Assembly: GCA_040954595.2 (NCBI GenBank)
Contig: CM082582.2
Location: 8,981,483-9,045,482, forward strand
Length of the DNA stretch: 64,000 bases
Origin: Balanoglossus misakiensis
Lineage: Eukaryota; Animalia; Hemichordata
Reading direction: 5' to 3'
A model generated the notes under the pieces. That model did no database searches, was not told the origin of the DNA, and was given only the letters and a program-made list of their open reading frames with translations. The translations under genes and the position numbers were made by a program. Below, piece by piece: positions 12,501-26,345 of the stretch; position 1 is the stretch's first letter, and the number at the start of each line of letters is the position of its first letter.

Positions 12501-15500
12501 GGGGTTTCAATAACAATCAAATCACTTTATTCCATGAAAGGTGAAATTCCCTCCTTCTGGGCGACGCGAACAGGCAATTTTGTATCCCGGAGACGCTCTT
12601 GATCAGTTGCACTTCAACCGAAATGGATCCTCTCATTTGGAAAGACGTTATTTCCCAACTTCTTCGTTTAATCTGTGTCGTACGTGAGTATTCATGTCAT
12701 GATGCGGCATCTTGCAATATCAGGTATCGTATGCGATGTGCCCTTAACGATATCAGGAGTCTTGTTCTGTTGGTTAAGAGGAAATAATCAGCCAAGATAT
12801 CGCCGAAATCATCGCAAATAATCTTGCATCACGAACGGTACAACCGAAACGCGTGAGGCGATCTAAGTGTCAGGTTTAATAAACTACAGGTACGTTGTCT
12901 TATAAGTGTTGTGTTCCGTGTTTTCAGGAAATAACCCCGTTGAAGACAAATTCACTGGCGCCAGGTGGTCTGAATAAATATAAGAACTTGGCGAACGACA
13001 GCCGACAAAGGGTTTTTAAATGCACATACCGTGCGAAAGGATATTGTACACAGGACTTTCTACCCTAAGATTAAGACTGTGACTTGGTATTAAAGATGAG
13101 TGTGGACATGCATAGGATAGCAAACAAATACAGTTTTCAGTTTTGTCTTACGTACTTGTTAAAACGTGATAACTCGGGCGGCCTCTGAAGACAAAGGCAA
13201 ATGCTAAGAAATCGGCCTAAAAAGACATTTGAAGTTGAAACTTCGTCTCTAAGACTAAGTCTCACTGAAGATTTTCTTATTTCCTTCAGTGACGCCAAGC
13301 ATATCCCCTCTATCCGACTTATAGCTCTTTATTATTGATGCCTGACCCCCCCCCCCTCCCCGATTGCAGTGAAACGCCGTTTTAGGTAGCAATGATCTAA
13401 AGAGTAGCGATTCGAAATAGAAAAAAAAAAGTTAGAAACAGATTTTATCTTATTTTTTCAAATATGCGAGATTCCAGGATATCTTCCCATTAGGGAATGC
13501 CATGCATGCAGGGATGGGATTCGCCGTCTCTCTTGGGCCGTAATCGAAATTGGCGTGGGAGCAAATCGTATTCCCCAATCGTTTAAGGTCAGTTCTGGAG
13601 AACTCTATTACTCGCTGTGCAATTTAGTTTAGGCAAAGCCGAGTACATCTTCATAGTGTAGCCGCAGCGCAGATAAGGCAAAGTTGAACACACGTGGCAT
13701 GTCATACAGGATCTCTAATCTCCGACTTATTTGTAGATCATCGTGACTTTGCGATAGTACACGCATTTACATGCCATGTCGAGATTAAACCTGCTCTAAA
13801 CCCGTCCGATGAATATTCTGCATTCGCTGTTGTGTCTGATGGCTTAACATCCCTTAATTATGATGAACGATTTTTTGATGGGGAGACAACGAGTCCCGAG
13901 ACACAGAATGTATCGCTGAGGTCCGTGTGAGATTATGGATGTTGGGCATGCGTCACAGTAAACGGACTGGCAAAAACAGTAATTGGCTAGCCACGCGAAA
14001 TCTCGCAGGGTCTCGTGGAGTTCGGAAAACGGTCTATTAAAGCATGGCGCCTACTTATACCGGTATAACTCCCGACGGCATCCGTGGAACCCATAAGTGT
14101 CAAATAGTTGAGTACCTAACGTGAGGAAATGAAGCGCTTTGATGTTGTGGTTTATGCCATTTTGAGGAACTGAGCAATTCTTTTGAGACACGTTGGCGGG
14201 TGTCGCGTAATTAACAGCTTTTTGCAAGAAACGTCGGGGGATATGAAGTGTGTGGTCAATCTAAATATAAAACATCGCGGGCGAGAGTAAAGTGCTATGG
14301 CCCCAACTCCAATTACCATGAATGACGTACTTAGGCTAACTCACTGAGAAGGATAGTGCCGATTATCGAAGGATTACAAGTTAGCATATTAGTCTTAGCG
14401 CAAAGCACACGCCAACTGCAGTGTGCGCGGCCTCTCTGACAGCCCGAATTGTTCCATGAGTTGAGAAGATTATTCTTAGGTCGTCCTGCATTGAACGACG
14501 TGTTTCAGATGAATAGATGGCATTCCACACTCACTTCATAAGAATTGTTTTCCATCGCTTTAGATGCGGATTAGTTTGACAACATTCCCCCAACCTTATA
14601 AATGCGTCATACTCGAGAAGTATTCGCAAATTTCTCAGTGGCTATGTTCGCAGGTGTGTTCACGCCGATTGGATTTCATGATTGCGAAATTGCTTCACGG
14701 GGTAGGGTCGAAAATTTGAAAGAAGTACCCTTAGATCTAATGTGATTTGAGCAAACAAGTCTTGCTGATGAAACATCAAGACCCTGTGGCATAAAATAGA
14801 CAATCAAAAGGGAAAAAATCAACGACTGTGATTGTGTACCATTGAAGGACAACTCTTGACATCTTAATGGCGTGCGTGACATACCTATAGTACCCGAAGA
14901 TTACGCACACCCAGACATTTCGACGAAATCTTTCTGAGCTCGCCACAGTGTAACTCCGGTGTCAGTAAATAGAAATTTCGCTGTAAAGGGTTGACTTGCA
15001 TGGATTTCTAGCTATTTGCCCATCGGCTCTCTTGGTAGTTACCTACTACATGTTGTCAAAGTCATATTCCTCATCAAAGACAACGTAGGATTGAAACCCC
15101 GCAGAAAGCTATTATGATTAGGTTACTTAAATCCACAAATAAGTCTAAAAGAGTTTTCGTTTTACTATTGCACCAATAAGATTTAAGATTGCTTAATACC
15201 CTAAAGCGAAATTTCTAATAAAAACATGAAAATCTGAAAGAAGTCAATATTATATGGCGGAAGGAATAATAACACATTTAATACATTGACTATATGGATA
15301 AAATGTGGAAATAAAGGATAAACAAGACGAAATGTTGACCATACTAACACGTCACCGTGACGTGTTTATATGCGTTGTTATTTAACTGCTAGACAGAGCA
15401 TCGTATCTAAGAGTGTGAAATTTGGCAGAAATCGCCATTCAAAAGTACATTGCCCGACGCCCCTTAAATTAGGTGAAGGCAAATTATGCGTCGCATGCAT

Positions 15501-18500
15501 ATTAATTATCCATGTCAAATCGAGGCTGCCCTTTCTTTCTTGCTTTTTATTTTCAAGGTGCAATTTATCTGACAGGAACGTTTTATGGGATGCGTTTGAA
15601 GTGTCTGTAATCAGATAAGTGTGTTTACGTTACGGCGATGCCAACGAAATGTTTCATTAATGAAGACATAGTGACCACACCGACGAGCTTAATACGGTAA
15701 AAGGGAAGTCGTCGTAAAAACGATCCTGACGCAGCCTTTCTGTTGCCTTGATATATATCGCACGTCGGTCCAAAACAAATTAGGCTAATGGGCTGATATG
15801 TTCACGTTTAAACTTTCTACTCTGTTGTCGTAAATTCAAGCAGCATGGTAAATGCTTCCGTATAGATGGCTGCGTTGAAGTCTTTTATCAAGCCACGGGC
15901 ACGCTATGTTGAAGCTGATTACTGGCCCACGGTAATGAGAGAGTACATGAAATGCTGTTGATTTTAACGACGACAATAATTTTTGAAACCACTAAATCAA
16001 ATATCGTGTACTTAACTACTAAAATATAAAAAAGCTCGCGTGGTTAACAGTTTCACTGAAAACCGCGCACAAGTAATTATTTTGATGACAGATTTATTTC
16101 ATTTTTCATTTTATGATTTAACCTGCGCGCAACAAACTACTATTATTACTGGACATCGATGATAAAACGCATGAATATTGTGCGTCGGTAGCGGTAAAAT
16201 GTTGTTTATCACGGTGTTGTATTGGTAAGATCCGGTCAAAGTTAAAGAAATCACGTCAATACAGTATTGGAAACAAACCATGTCCAGATACGTCAATTTA
16301 GAGTGTAATGCCCACGGATTATCACGCGTTGCCGTGTATGCTACGCCAGTATCGCTGACTTAGTTGTCGGTGTGACTACTGTAGATGTCATGACCCCATC
16401 AAGAGGTAAAAGCGATTCATTTAATTCGAAATTGGGTTCGAACGGGATTATGCACACCAGACTTGAATAGCGCGCATTGGAGGTTTGACATTCGGGAGAA
16501 AAATCAACGAGCCAGTGATTTGGAAGCCAGTGGTATAATAGTTTGTTAAATTGCCTAGGTTTCAACATATGGATGAATACGTATTTCTACGTTTAACATA
16601 TGAATACATAGGAAATACTGTAATAATCGCGAGATGGATACAGCCGAGAAGTAATACACGTAGACGCCAAAATGCTCAAAGAAAATGCCATATGGACGAA
16701 AGAACCGAATCAGCTTTATTTTCACTGTGTGTATGCTGTATTTTCGATTCGCAATCTCTTTGCTGATTATATTCTATGAAAGCTGTACTATTTTACCCTT
16801 TACACAGTTTACGCGCATATGACGTAAACAACAGCATATTGGTATGTTAAAATTTCGAACATGCGGTCCAGATGTTTTATTCAGAGAACGGCGTCTCCGT
16901 AAGAATGTGGATGTTTTGGCTATACATTACATTCGACATCATTCAGAGTTTACGCATGAAAAAACTTCAAGCCCGCAGGGCACTCGGCTATCGATTTTCT
17001 GCACATGTGTTTATCTCAACATAATTCCAAATGAAATACAACTTCTTGCAGGAGACTTTTTTTTCAACGCTCCGCTACGTCTACTGATGGCAGGTTGATT
17101 ACTTAAAGACCTTTCGTCCGTTAGTATAGGATGAAGAAGAACATACATGTAGTCAGTCTTTTTGTCACGTCATCTAAACTACATGCCTGTCGTCTGCGGC
17201 ACCTCTATTTCTCTTCCAGTTGCTACTTTGAACCAGATTTACAACCTTAATCGATTTGCTTCTCCCAAGACAATACCCAGTAATTGAAAAAACGGCCATT
17301 TTGTGTTGTTACCTTTGCCGTAACTACTGGTTGAGCGATGGGTCTTGTATCATGTGTATGCAAGCTACAGTGTTAAAATCAATGGTATTTCTTGCTTGAA
17401 TGTGCACTTCAAGAGTTTGCATGTATTTTGCATAAGTTGTCGAAAATCTAAACAGAGAGTGGTATTCCAGGAGCAACATTTTCAAATACCGCACTTTACA
17501 GTGAATATATATGGCGTCGGCGAGATTTGCAAATGGGTATATTCAGTTCAAGCGTAAACACGCGCGCTGGGGTGGCCTTTGCTAAACTCTACCATTTAAT
17601 CCCCCAGCAGGTAAGACATCTATGGAAATTAAAAAGGCTCTGCTGGATCAGTTGTTTGGAGGCAGCTTCGATTCTTCTTTCCGTCCTGTCAAAAATGAGA
17701 CAGATCCCCTTGCCGTCACCCTTGTCTACACGCCTGAGCAGATAGTTGGTTTGGTGAGTAGACCGTCTCCCCTGGCAACATCCGTCAACTTCTGGGATAT
17801 TCTTTAAACTTTCTATAATAAAGCGATTATCGAGTGAAATCTGAAATTCTACATGTGTACATACATTTTGCGATGGCATGGTCTGCTAATGTGCTGCTAT
17901 TGAAAGTCGAATCATGTATAATGTCTACCATTATTGCACAGCAATAAAAAGTAATTTTCTTCTATTTCTGCGGCTGTAAAAATGATACTATCATCCGAGG
18001 ACAACGACTAATCGGACGCGTTTTATGAGACCCTCTTGTTTGATTTTAATCTTTGGCATCCAATGACGACACGTGCTTTTATCATTCCAGGACGAAGGTC
18101 GACAGATTCTATCAACGGCGGCGTTCGTTCAGATGGTAAGTCTGACTTCACGTTCTTAATAAAAAGTCGCGTGGAACTTTTCCTGGTTTTTATTACGCTA
18201 GTTGTTATCGTCTCTTCCGCTTCATTTCAACCGTATTTCAAATGAAGAGCTCGTTATACTATTTGCTGCAGTGGGCTCGCTGACGTAATCACCGCTTCCA
18301 ATCGGTGTCGACACTCCTTTTGAAGAGCCGTGTTTAGGATTGGGGGTTATATCGTTTGCGCGCACATAATACAGGCATACACCGCTTTCATAAAAGAAAA
18401 TTCACATTCACAGGCAAGGGGGCGCCGACTCACAATCCATCATGTCTCCGCAAGCATTGCCATCTGTATTTGTTGGGTAGTGGATTAAGCATAAGTCAAA

Positions 18501-21500
18501 GAAGACGTCGACTGTAGCGCTGAATGCATTGAGTATTTGGGCGGACGTTGACTAATGATGATGAATTAACCGTTCTTAAAGGCTTCGTTGGATTATAAAT
18601 ACATTGTAGATCAGAAATGGCTCGAGCTCTCAATTGTATTTTGGCCCGTATAGTTCGACGAGATCACGTCGCCATCACAAATCCAACATTTTATAAAACC
18701 TAATTTTTCTGCTACACAATTTATGTGTGCTAGTTATGTGTGAGTGGTGTGCCGTGGAAAAACGACCTGTATTGGTTAATTTTTTATTCAAAATGTGTTT
18801 ATATCAATTTTTGTACACGGACATTTTTTTTCGATTTGCCGTACTCTAGTTTCAATACGTAATGCTATTTTTCCATCATCATGATTACTCGTCGCTCCCT
18901 ACCGCGAATCGCACTTACCGAAATCGCCTCCCCGGATGCTCGCAGACATTCAAATGGGCCAATGTTCTTTTTTGTTCACGCGATGTACTTGCAACATGCA
19001 CAATCTTCAGTTGCTGTGCCGTCACCATGCTGATTTCCATTTCAACCGACGAATTCATTCGCCGTCTGAAGTGGCGAGTAAAATTATCGAAATCGAAACC
19101 AGCATTGTTCAAGACGCAGAAACTGCGAGAATGATGATAGGAGTGCCAGTAATTACACTTTTCATTTCATGGTGTACACGTGTAGACTGAGAACTTTAAT
19201 GATAGTTCCCTCGTGTTGTTGTGCAATTCGCACATAACAAGCAACGAAGTTTAATTTTTACGTGTTTCTCTGCATGGAGTTGTTAAAATCACAAAAATAC
19301 GATTTGCATATCTCTTCACGTACGCACGCGCATTAGCGTCATGGAGCTATCACATGATCAATGGCATTTTTCAAGTACAGTCCCGTGTGGGTTAAAGATG
19401 GCGACTCTATTCGTTCAACCCAATACGCTTTGCTGTGATTACTCGCGACGTAATTGAAGTTGGTGAAGTTGCTTACAATAAGTGCCCTCAAATGTCAGAC
19501 ATTGAAAAGAGCCGACATCAAAATGCTCTTGCTCGCCACAGGGCAATTGCTTTCAAGTGCTCAGTCCAGGCAGGTTGGTAATGTAAGGTGACTTGCAGAT
19601 TGAAATATGAAATACGTCAAAGCAATCGTTCAGAAACACAGTTAAGAAAAAATTACAGGATGCTATGAAGCTTTTTGAGGTCAACCTAGTTGTTAATTAG
19701 TTAAGTGGGGGGGGTTGAGGCCAACCTGTAAATTAGTTGTGAGGGGGTGGGTGGGAGAGGCAGGGACGGAGGGGCGGTACATGAATTGACGCTATAAACA
19801 ATAGGTCCAGTAGCGGCGACTGCTGTTTTTGTCAAGAAGATTGTCAAACTGTTTCTGAAGACACGTACACATTGTTTGTGAGGGCAAGCATGACGAGATT
19901 GTAAAGTGCCTGTAATAAGTACAAGTCTGATAGCAAGAAAATTGGCGGAGATTGCATTCTTCCTTGTGTCAATCGCTTATAGCTTCGGGCTTAGATGGTG
20001 ATAGTGACAATGCAAGCGATTAATTAAAGGACTGCAGGTTGGCAATGCCCGATGTTTAGAAAATCTGCCCACCTCTCCACTAGGGGATAGTGTGGGCGTA
20101 GGCTCCTAAGGCTGTTCTTGTCCAGGTAAATTAAAGTCAGGAAATTAACTTCGTCGACTGGTGATTTTAAGATAATCGTTCTGCCGAACTTCTTTTCGAC
20201 GATAATTGAGACTATCTACAAACCCAACTACTAAATAAGCAAGATAAAAAATCATGCCTGACCGATGATGTTCGATGGCGACAACATCCGTATCGTTTTG
20301 GTGGTTTTATTGTGCTCGCGTTATTGCGTTCTCACGGCAGTTGCACTGTTCTTTGTTTACCAGAGATGGCAAGACCAGTATCTGCAGTGGAACGCAACAG
20401 AGTTTGCTGGTATACAGGTTCTGATATTGGACAGCAAGAAAGTATGGACGCCGCCTATTGTTCTCCGTAACAGGTGCGTCACAATTAACACTCGATCTAT
20501 GATAATTAGTTGCGTCTCTTTGTCTGCATAGCTGTCCGTGCGGGATACGCCTACACGGGATCGTTTTAGATTTGAGTTTGAACACCGTCACGGTCACTCC
20601 ACCACACCGTGTGGTGTAGTGACCGTGCAAAGTTGGCACATAGATTGTATTGTCATTATGTATTGCACTCACATCATGTTCTTCTCTCAGCGTAAGCAAG
20701 GGTCACTTCATGGTGGACACCATCGTGTCTGTGTTCAACGACGGCAGCGTGCTGTGGTACGCGCTGGTCAATCTCAACACCGTCTGCACCATGGACTTCT
20801 TCTTCTTCCCGCTCGACACCCAAGTCTGCACCCAGGAATTCGAAATGCGCATCCCGGCCGGACTGATCGGCATGGACTACCTGAAACTGCAGCTGGACGA
20901 AGACACCAGCGTGCCGAACATGCGCAGTATCACCGCCGTCACGCGCGACTGGGAGCTTCTGGACATGCGCGTGTTCGTGGAGGAAGACGTCTCAATGATC
21001 GTTCCCAGTTTCATCATTGTGGCCGAGCTGCACCTGCACAGAAGGTCGTTCTTCTACCTGATGAACTTTGTTATTCCCTGCGGTCTGATATTCCTGCTCA
21101 CATTGTTTGGATTTCTGCTTCCTCCTGACTCGGGAGAAAAGGTAACACTGCGCGTGTCTAGATCGCATGCGCAAGTAGAACGCCCCCACTTTATTGATCA
21201 ACAACGCCCTCAGGGGTATGGTATAGAAACGCAAAATTACAAACATTACTGTCAGGTGGGGAGTGTTTTCTGAGTACAATTATAAAGGCTTCTATCTTAA
21301 ATTTTACCAAAACTTAACTTGGTTACAATTTTACGGACCAGAAGAAAAAAACATTCAGTGTGGGAAGATTGTGTACAGGGCGCCATTTACTCTTATTCTA
21401 TAATGCTTTATCCAAACAGGTAGGGCTGAGCGTAACCATCATCTTGGTATGTAACGCCATGGCGTTCATGATTCCCGAAGCAGCTTCCGGTGTCTCAATG

Positions 21501-22348
21501 CTAGGTGAGAGGTCTGATTTTCCCTAAAATGGGACCCAAGAAAAATACTAGGTAGCTTACACTCATAAATACTGAATCAGATATAATTGCTGAGTAAGAC
21601 TTTGTCGTTTCCTCCTATAGCGCTGATTAACATATTGACCATGATCTTGGTGGCGGTGTTCACGGGCATGAACGTCATTGTACTGAGATACTGGCACCGG
21701 GGCATGGAGGGTCACGGAGTGCCCGGATGGCTGCAGACGCTGATGTTCAAATATCTGGCGAAGGTGCTGTGTATGGATCAAGAATATCGCGCCTGTACAG
21801 TCCATAAAAGAGGTGAGGAATTTGGCACGTTGTTGGCGCTCTTCCCGCATTTTTGAATGGTCAAATTCAATTCATAGAGTTGCCGTCTTCTTTACCTTTT
21901 AGGTACATCGACGTATCGTGTAAACAGTACTATTTGCAACAGTTCTCGGGGAGCGGTCCGTCTTCTCAGCGACAGCGCCTGTGAACGGCAATATCTCGAC
22001 AGAATCGACAGCGACCTGTACGAACTCAAACACATCGTGAATCAAAAACCGTCCTGCTCCAGCCAGGACGATCTGTCGACTCCAATGATAGTGGACACGA
22101 GCGTGGACGACGGGAACGGTCAAAATATGACGGGGTGCGGGAAGAAGTTGGACGAAATAGACCGGAGCTTAAAGTATCTGGTGGCGCAGTCCATGGAAGA
22201 CGAGCAAGGCGGGAAAATTGCCAAAGAGTGGAAGAGATTTGCCATGGTTTTGAATCGTTTCTTCCTCTTTGTGTACGTCGCCCTGTGCATGTTGGCGCTG
22301 CTCTACCTCTTCTTAGAAATTAACCATGTACAAAATCAGCGGCGTTAA
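9553..22348 (+). CDS. Nicotinic acetylcholine receptor-like Cys-loop channel subunit, paralogue 2 (highly divergent, about 516 aa, 8 exons)
   Basis: Exons 9553-9628 (signal peptide MSRINLLLSMCLFLLAGTSTPVLIE, donor G/gtaagt; linked across an 8-kb intron by inference), 17608-17753, 18091-18135, 20364-20473, 20691-21141, 21420-21504, 21621-21812, 21903-22348; total 1551 nt in frame. Cys-loop CTMDFFFFPLDTQVC; PPDSGEK; M4 EWKRFAMVLNRFFLFVY. Exons 2-8 are secure; exon 1 is less so. Confidence 0.88.
13985..14040 (-). repeat. Dispersed repeat copy B, in intron 1 of paralogue 2
   Basis: Reverse complement reads ttaatagaccgttttccgaactccacgagaccctgcgagatttcgcgtggctagcc. Confidence 0.85.
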
Positions 22349-22400
22349 GAACATATACTATGACATGCCATTTTCTACACATTTCATCAGCGGAGACTTG

Positions 22401-22406
22401 AATAAA
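22401..22406 (+). promoter_or_regulatory. Candidate polyadenylation signal of paralogue 2
   Basis: AATAAA about 50 nt after the stop codon. Confidence 0.4.
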
Positions 22407-25400
22407 AAAAGTTATATGGAACAGACTTCATGAAAAACAATGTCTTTGACGCCGCTCCATTGCGTTCTCCGTGGACTGTTGTTATACAACCGACAAGAGG
22501 GTTCTTGTGCGATGTTGCAGATGGTTCTCGGACAACTGCCCACAAGGACATGTTGGCTTCCCACTTCGTCTGGCCTCGTATATCAGTAGGCCTACGACGT
22601 CACAAAGTGTATGAACAAAAATGTCACAAAAGAAAACTTTGGACCAAAAACCGAAAATGGCCTGTGTTCTCATTGATGAAAATAGCTTCCGTGTTGGATG
22701 ATAAAATAGTTAATGATCATGGGTGTGGCAATAATTGTTCAGGAGGGAAATTGTCTACTGATCAAGGTAGTTTGTGGGTGGGGGTGTCCCCAGACCGTCG
22801 TAGCTACACACGCCACATGTGTATTAGATTCACCTTGATAACGAAATTATATCGGATACAGATTTTTATGATTTGCCTTCTAAAATACAGCTACTAATGA
22901 GAGAGGGCGCTCGTTGGTAATGTGATGCACTTTAGTGTATAGATGGATTCCAAATTACATGCAAGCATTTTGTTTTGAACGAAGCTTCAACTTCCAGTCT
23001 GATTCTAACTCATCAGTCTGTCAAGAGGGCGCTGTTTTTTTTGTCTCTGACGGTTCAGTACTCATCTATAGGATTCATTTGCAGCCAGCAATCGTTTTTG
23101 ACAGATTGTAAATTACTGGTGTGTGTCAGGTTTTTTAAAATGTTCTATAGCGTCATCTGGTTGTCATGAGTGCGATTGATTGATCGAAGCAAATTCGATG
23201 ACATTTAAAAGGCAAACGCGATCAGACAGATTAACACAGATGCAGTCATTAAGCACACGTTAACACTGTTGAACCAAGGCGATTGCGGGACCTCAATACA
23301 TGTACGTGTTATAAAGTCAACCCACACAGGCTGACAAATTATATTCATTAAATTGCTATACTTTATTTAATTTTAACTGCCCCAGTAATTACGTGGTTGT
23401 TTTCCGGAAATGCCTTCAGTAGCGCGGGATGATGTATTGTCTGCGAAACCCTTAAATTCTTTGCTGTACTCAATCAAGCTTCGGAGCTCAACCAAATTTC
23501 TGTCAACCTTTTAGAACAGTATAATTTTCATAATATTCAAATTGAAGAATTTGCACTTGTTTACATGGACACGCTAAATTCATCACTACATTTTTATTAA
23601 ACGGCGCAAGATGCCATTACAATTATCAATGCCTTCTTTGCATAAGTGACAGATATGTGCAGGTAGTAACGGCCTTCAGATGCACCATTGTTTTCAAAAT
23701 CCAATTTGCACGTTGAACACATCAATAGATCTTTTGACCGCCAATGCTGCATATTTTTCAGAAAACTGGGCATCTATTTGCATATTTAATTGATAAATCG
23801 ATTTTTTTATTAGCAAGTCCTCGCAAATATTAACTTAAAACTAAAGCAAGGAATTTTCAGTTTTTAAACTATATTGGGAGAGGAAGTTGGGCTCACGAGC
23901 TGAGGAAAAAGGAAAATGAAATCGTTAACTAGCATTTAGCTACGGCCTTCGCCTATTCTCTAGGCCTCCAAGTTGAGGTCATAGATTTTTTGTAGGATTC
24001 TCTTCGGTTGCCCACATGGAAAGTTACACGAAGTTTGGTGTAACACGTTCGACAAGCCTGGCCTTTCTGCTTGATTGTTTTGCGCATGCTCATAGGATGC
24101 TGCCCTTAAGCAAATGCAAAGGTTGGTCGATCGTGTCACTGTATACCCGCATACAGAGAGGTTGTTTTTGTCTCGGTTGCGACCTAATTTTGTCGACATT
24201 ACGTATTTCGTGCATAAATTCTAACAAATTGGCCACTGAAATCAATACATCGTGTTTGACAATTTATACTAATTGAGAGTAACATGTTATCAGTTATATA
24301 CATGTATATTATCTTTTCTGTCGAGATGCGATTTGGAAAATTAAATGTGGCATGAAGATAAAACATGTTGTTGTAGTAGTTAACGCAATCACAGTAAAAT
24401 TATGTTCATAAAAAAAACAATGAATTTTCAACTTCCTAGGAGGCCTCGCCTCGACGTCAGACTGATAAGTGAAGGCTAAAAGGCGTTGGCCAATACAGTC
24501 ACACGTATGTATGAAACAAGGGCTTAAACTTCCTACATCATCATTTGGTTGGTTGGTTAAGCCTCCCTAAGTACCCTTTTTGGAAGTGGCTGGGACAGCG
24601 ACGATTCGAAACTATTCCCCTGTCCAAGTTAGTCGCCATCTCTGTTCAAGAAAACTGCAGGACATGACCACAAGACTACAACGATATTCCGGTATCAAAA
24701 GGTAGGTGTGGTCTGTCCCAATTGCCCATAGGGAGTAGATGGCTTTTATACCGAATATTTTTATACCGAATATTTTTAACGCAAGCAATTGAGGGTACAC
24801 GGGACTGTACTTTTAATAACCAGAGTGGTATGCGAAGATAAGTCGTGTACCGAATACCCATGCAGTAATTGTCGGAGAACGGCTTCACAGCGTTCGATTT
24901 TGTACGCATTCGAATTTTGTGTAACTAGTTAACATGTCCGCGGTGAACATCTTTGCATTGATGGTGTGTCCCGTGTTGAATTCAGGACGCTGCCAGTACA
25001 ATCATGGTGCACAGCAACCATCATGTTTGGATTGTATATCTATTTTTGAAATGTCAATTCGTGACGATGTGACAAGAGTATATGCAGACAGGACACCATT
25101 ATGACATCGTATATCAGCCAGGCTAATACACTAATAGAAAGTCATTGGGATATTTTCATCGCCTGATTTTTCCCTAGGAATGGCCGTCAAAAATGAGACG
25201 TCTAAAACGTATGCTTCCTAGTCGCACAACAAAGCGCATGTATAAAATTTGGTTCTGTCCCTTCTTCTGAAAAAAATTGCAATTGTTAAGTAATGTGTTT
25301 CCAGGAAAATCATCCACATCAAATTGTCAGTTATTATACTTTCATCGACAAATATACAGAGTAACCTTCGGGTGGGTTTCGCTAAATTTGCCAACTTAAA

Positions 25401-26150
25401 CGTGCATGTGGTTCATTAATGTAAAACTTCCATGTTTTAATTGCTGTTGGGGTTTGCTGTATTCACCAAGAATACCAGTCAATAAAAATCCCTGCCAAAC
25501 AAAAATACATATCTTAGGATTTGAAGGTTTGGTATTTGCGTACATGCAAGTTCTGTTGTTTACACAAGATCATGTGACCACCTGTTTATAACCCTGTCAA
25601 CAACAGCTTGCTTTTTTACCGCGCTTGATTTCCACCTGATTCACCGTCAAACTGTCGACAATCTGTCGTAAGATTGTGCGGGCAGACAAGCTTATTTTTT
25701 CATCAGAACGAATTTCACTGCCGCAACTAAACTGATAAATCCACCAGTGTTGCGGACACAATGTCTACAAATATCCATAAAAGGTTGATTGCAATTGAGT
25801 CGCTCAAACATACGGGTACCGAAGTTTTAGCGGTCGTCTCGTCTTGGCGATTACATCTTGTTACATCAAACGCCTACAAATGAAGGACAAATCGTGACAA
25901 ATTATAAAGCCAAACATTTACATTTTATGCGAGATGACGTCACTTGTATACTGGCGCGTTAAACCCCACGGGATTGGCAAATGCTGGAAAATCAAGATAA
26001 GAGATTGATTGAATAAAACACCGGGGGAGTTGGAGGAAAGTGTTCATCAAACGCGTCGATCTTTTATCCTTGAAGGTTGTATTGCAAAAATTGAAAACAG
26101 AAAGCATGCTTTGCTGCCAACTCAATTTGAAATCCTGGCGAATCGCGGTA

Positions 26151-26345
26151 AATACAATACAATACAATACAATACAATACAATACAATACAATACAATAC
26201 AATACAATACAATACAATACAATACAATACAATACAATACAATACAATACAATACAATACAATACAATACAATACAATGCAATACAATACAATACAATAC
26301 AATACAATACAATACAATACAATACAATACAATACAATACAATAC
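26151..26345. repeat. (AATAC)n pentanucleotide microsatellite, 39 units with one AATGC variant
   Basis: Read directly from the sequence; it produces the spurious YNTIQ/YCIVL ORFs. Confidence 0.99.

Noticed and set aside
9553-22348. Paralogue 2 as a pseudogene
   Set aside because: No stops or frameshifts, all splice sites canonical, the indels are multiples of three, and GC-rich codon usage is preserved.
22430-22897. 155-aa ORF after paralogue 2
   Set aside because: No domain features or codon bias; it lies in 3' flanking sequence.
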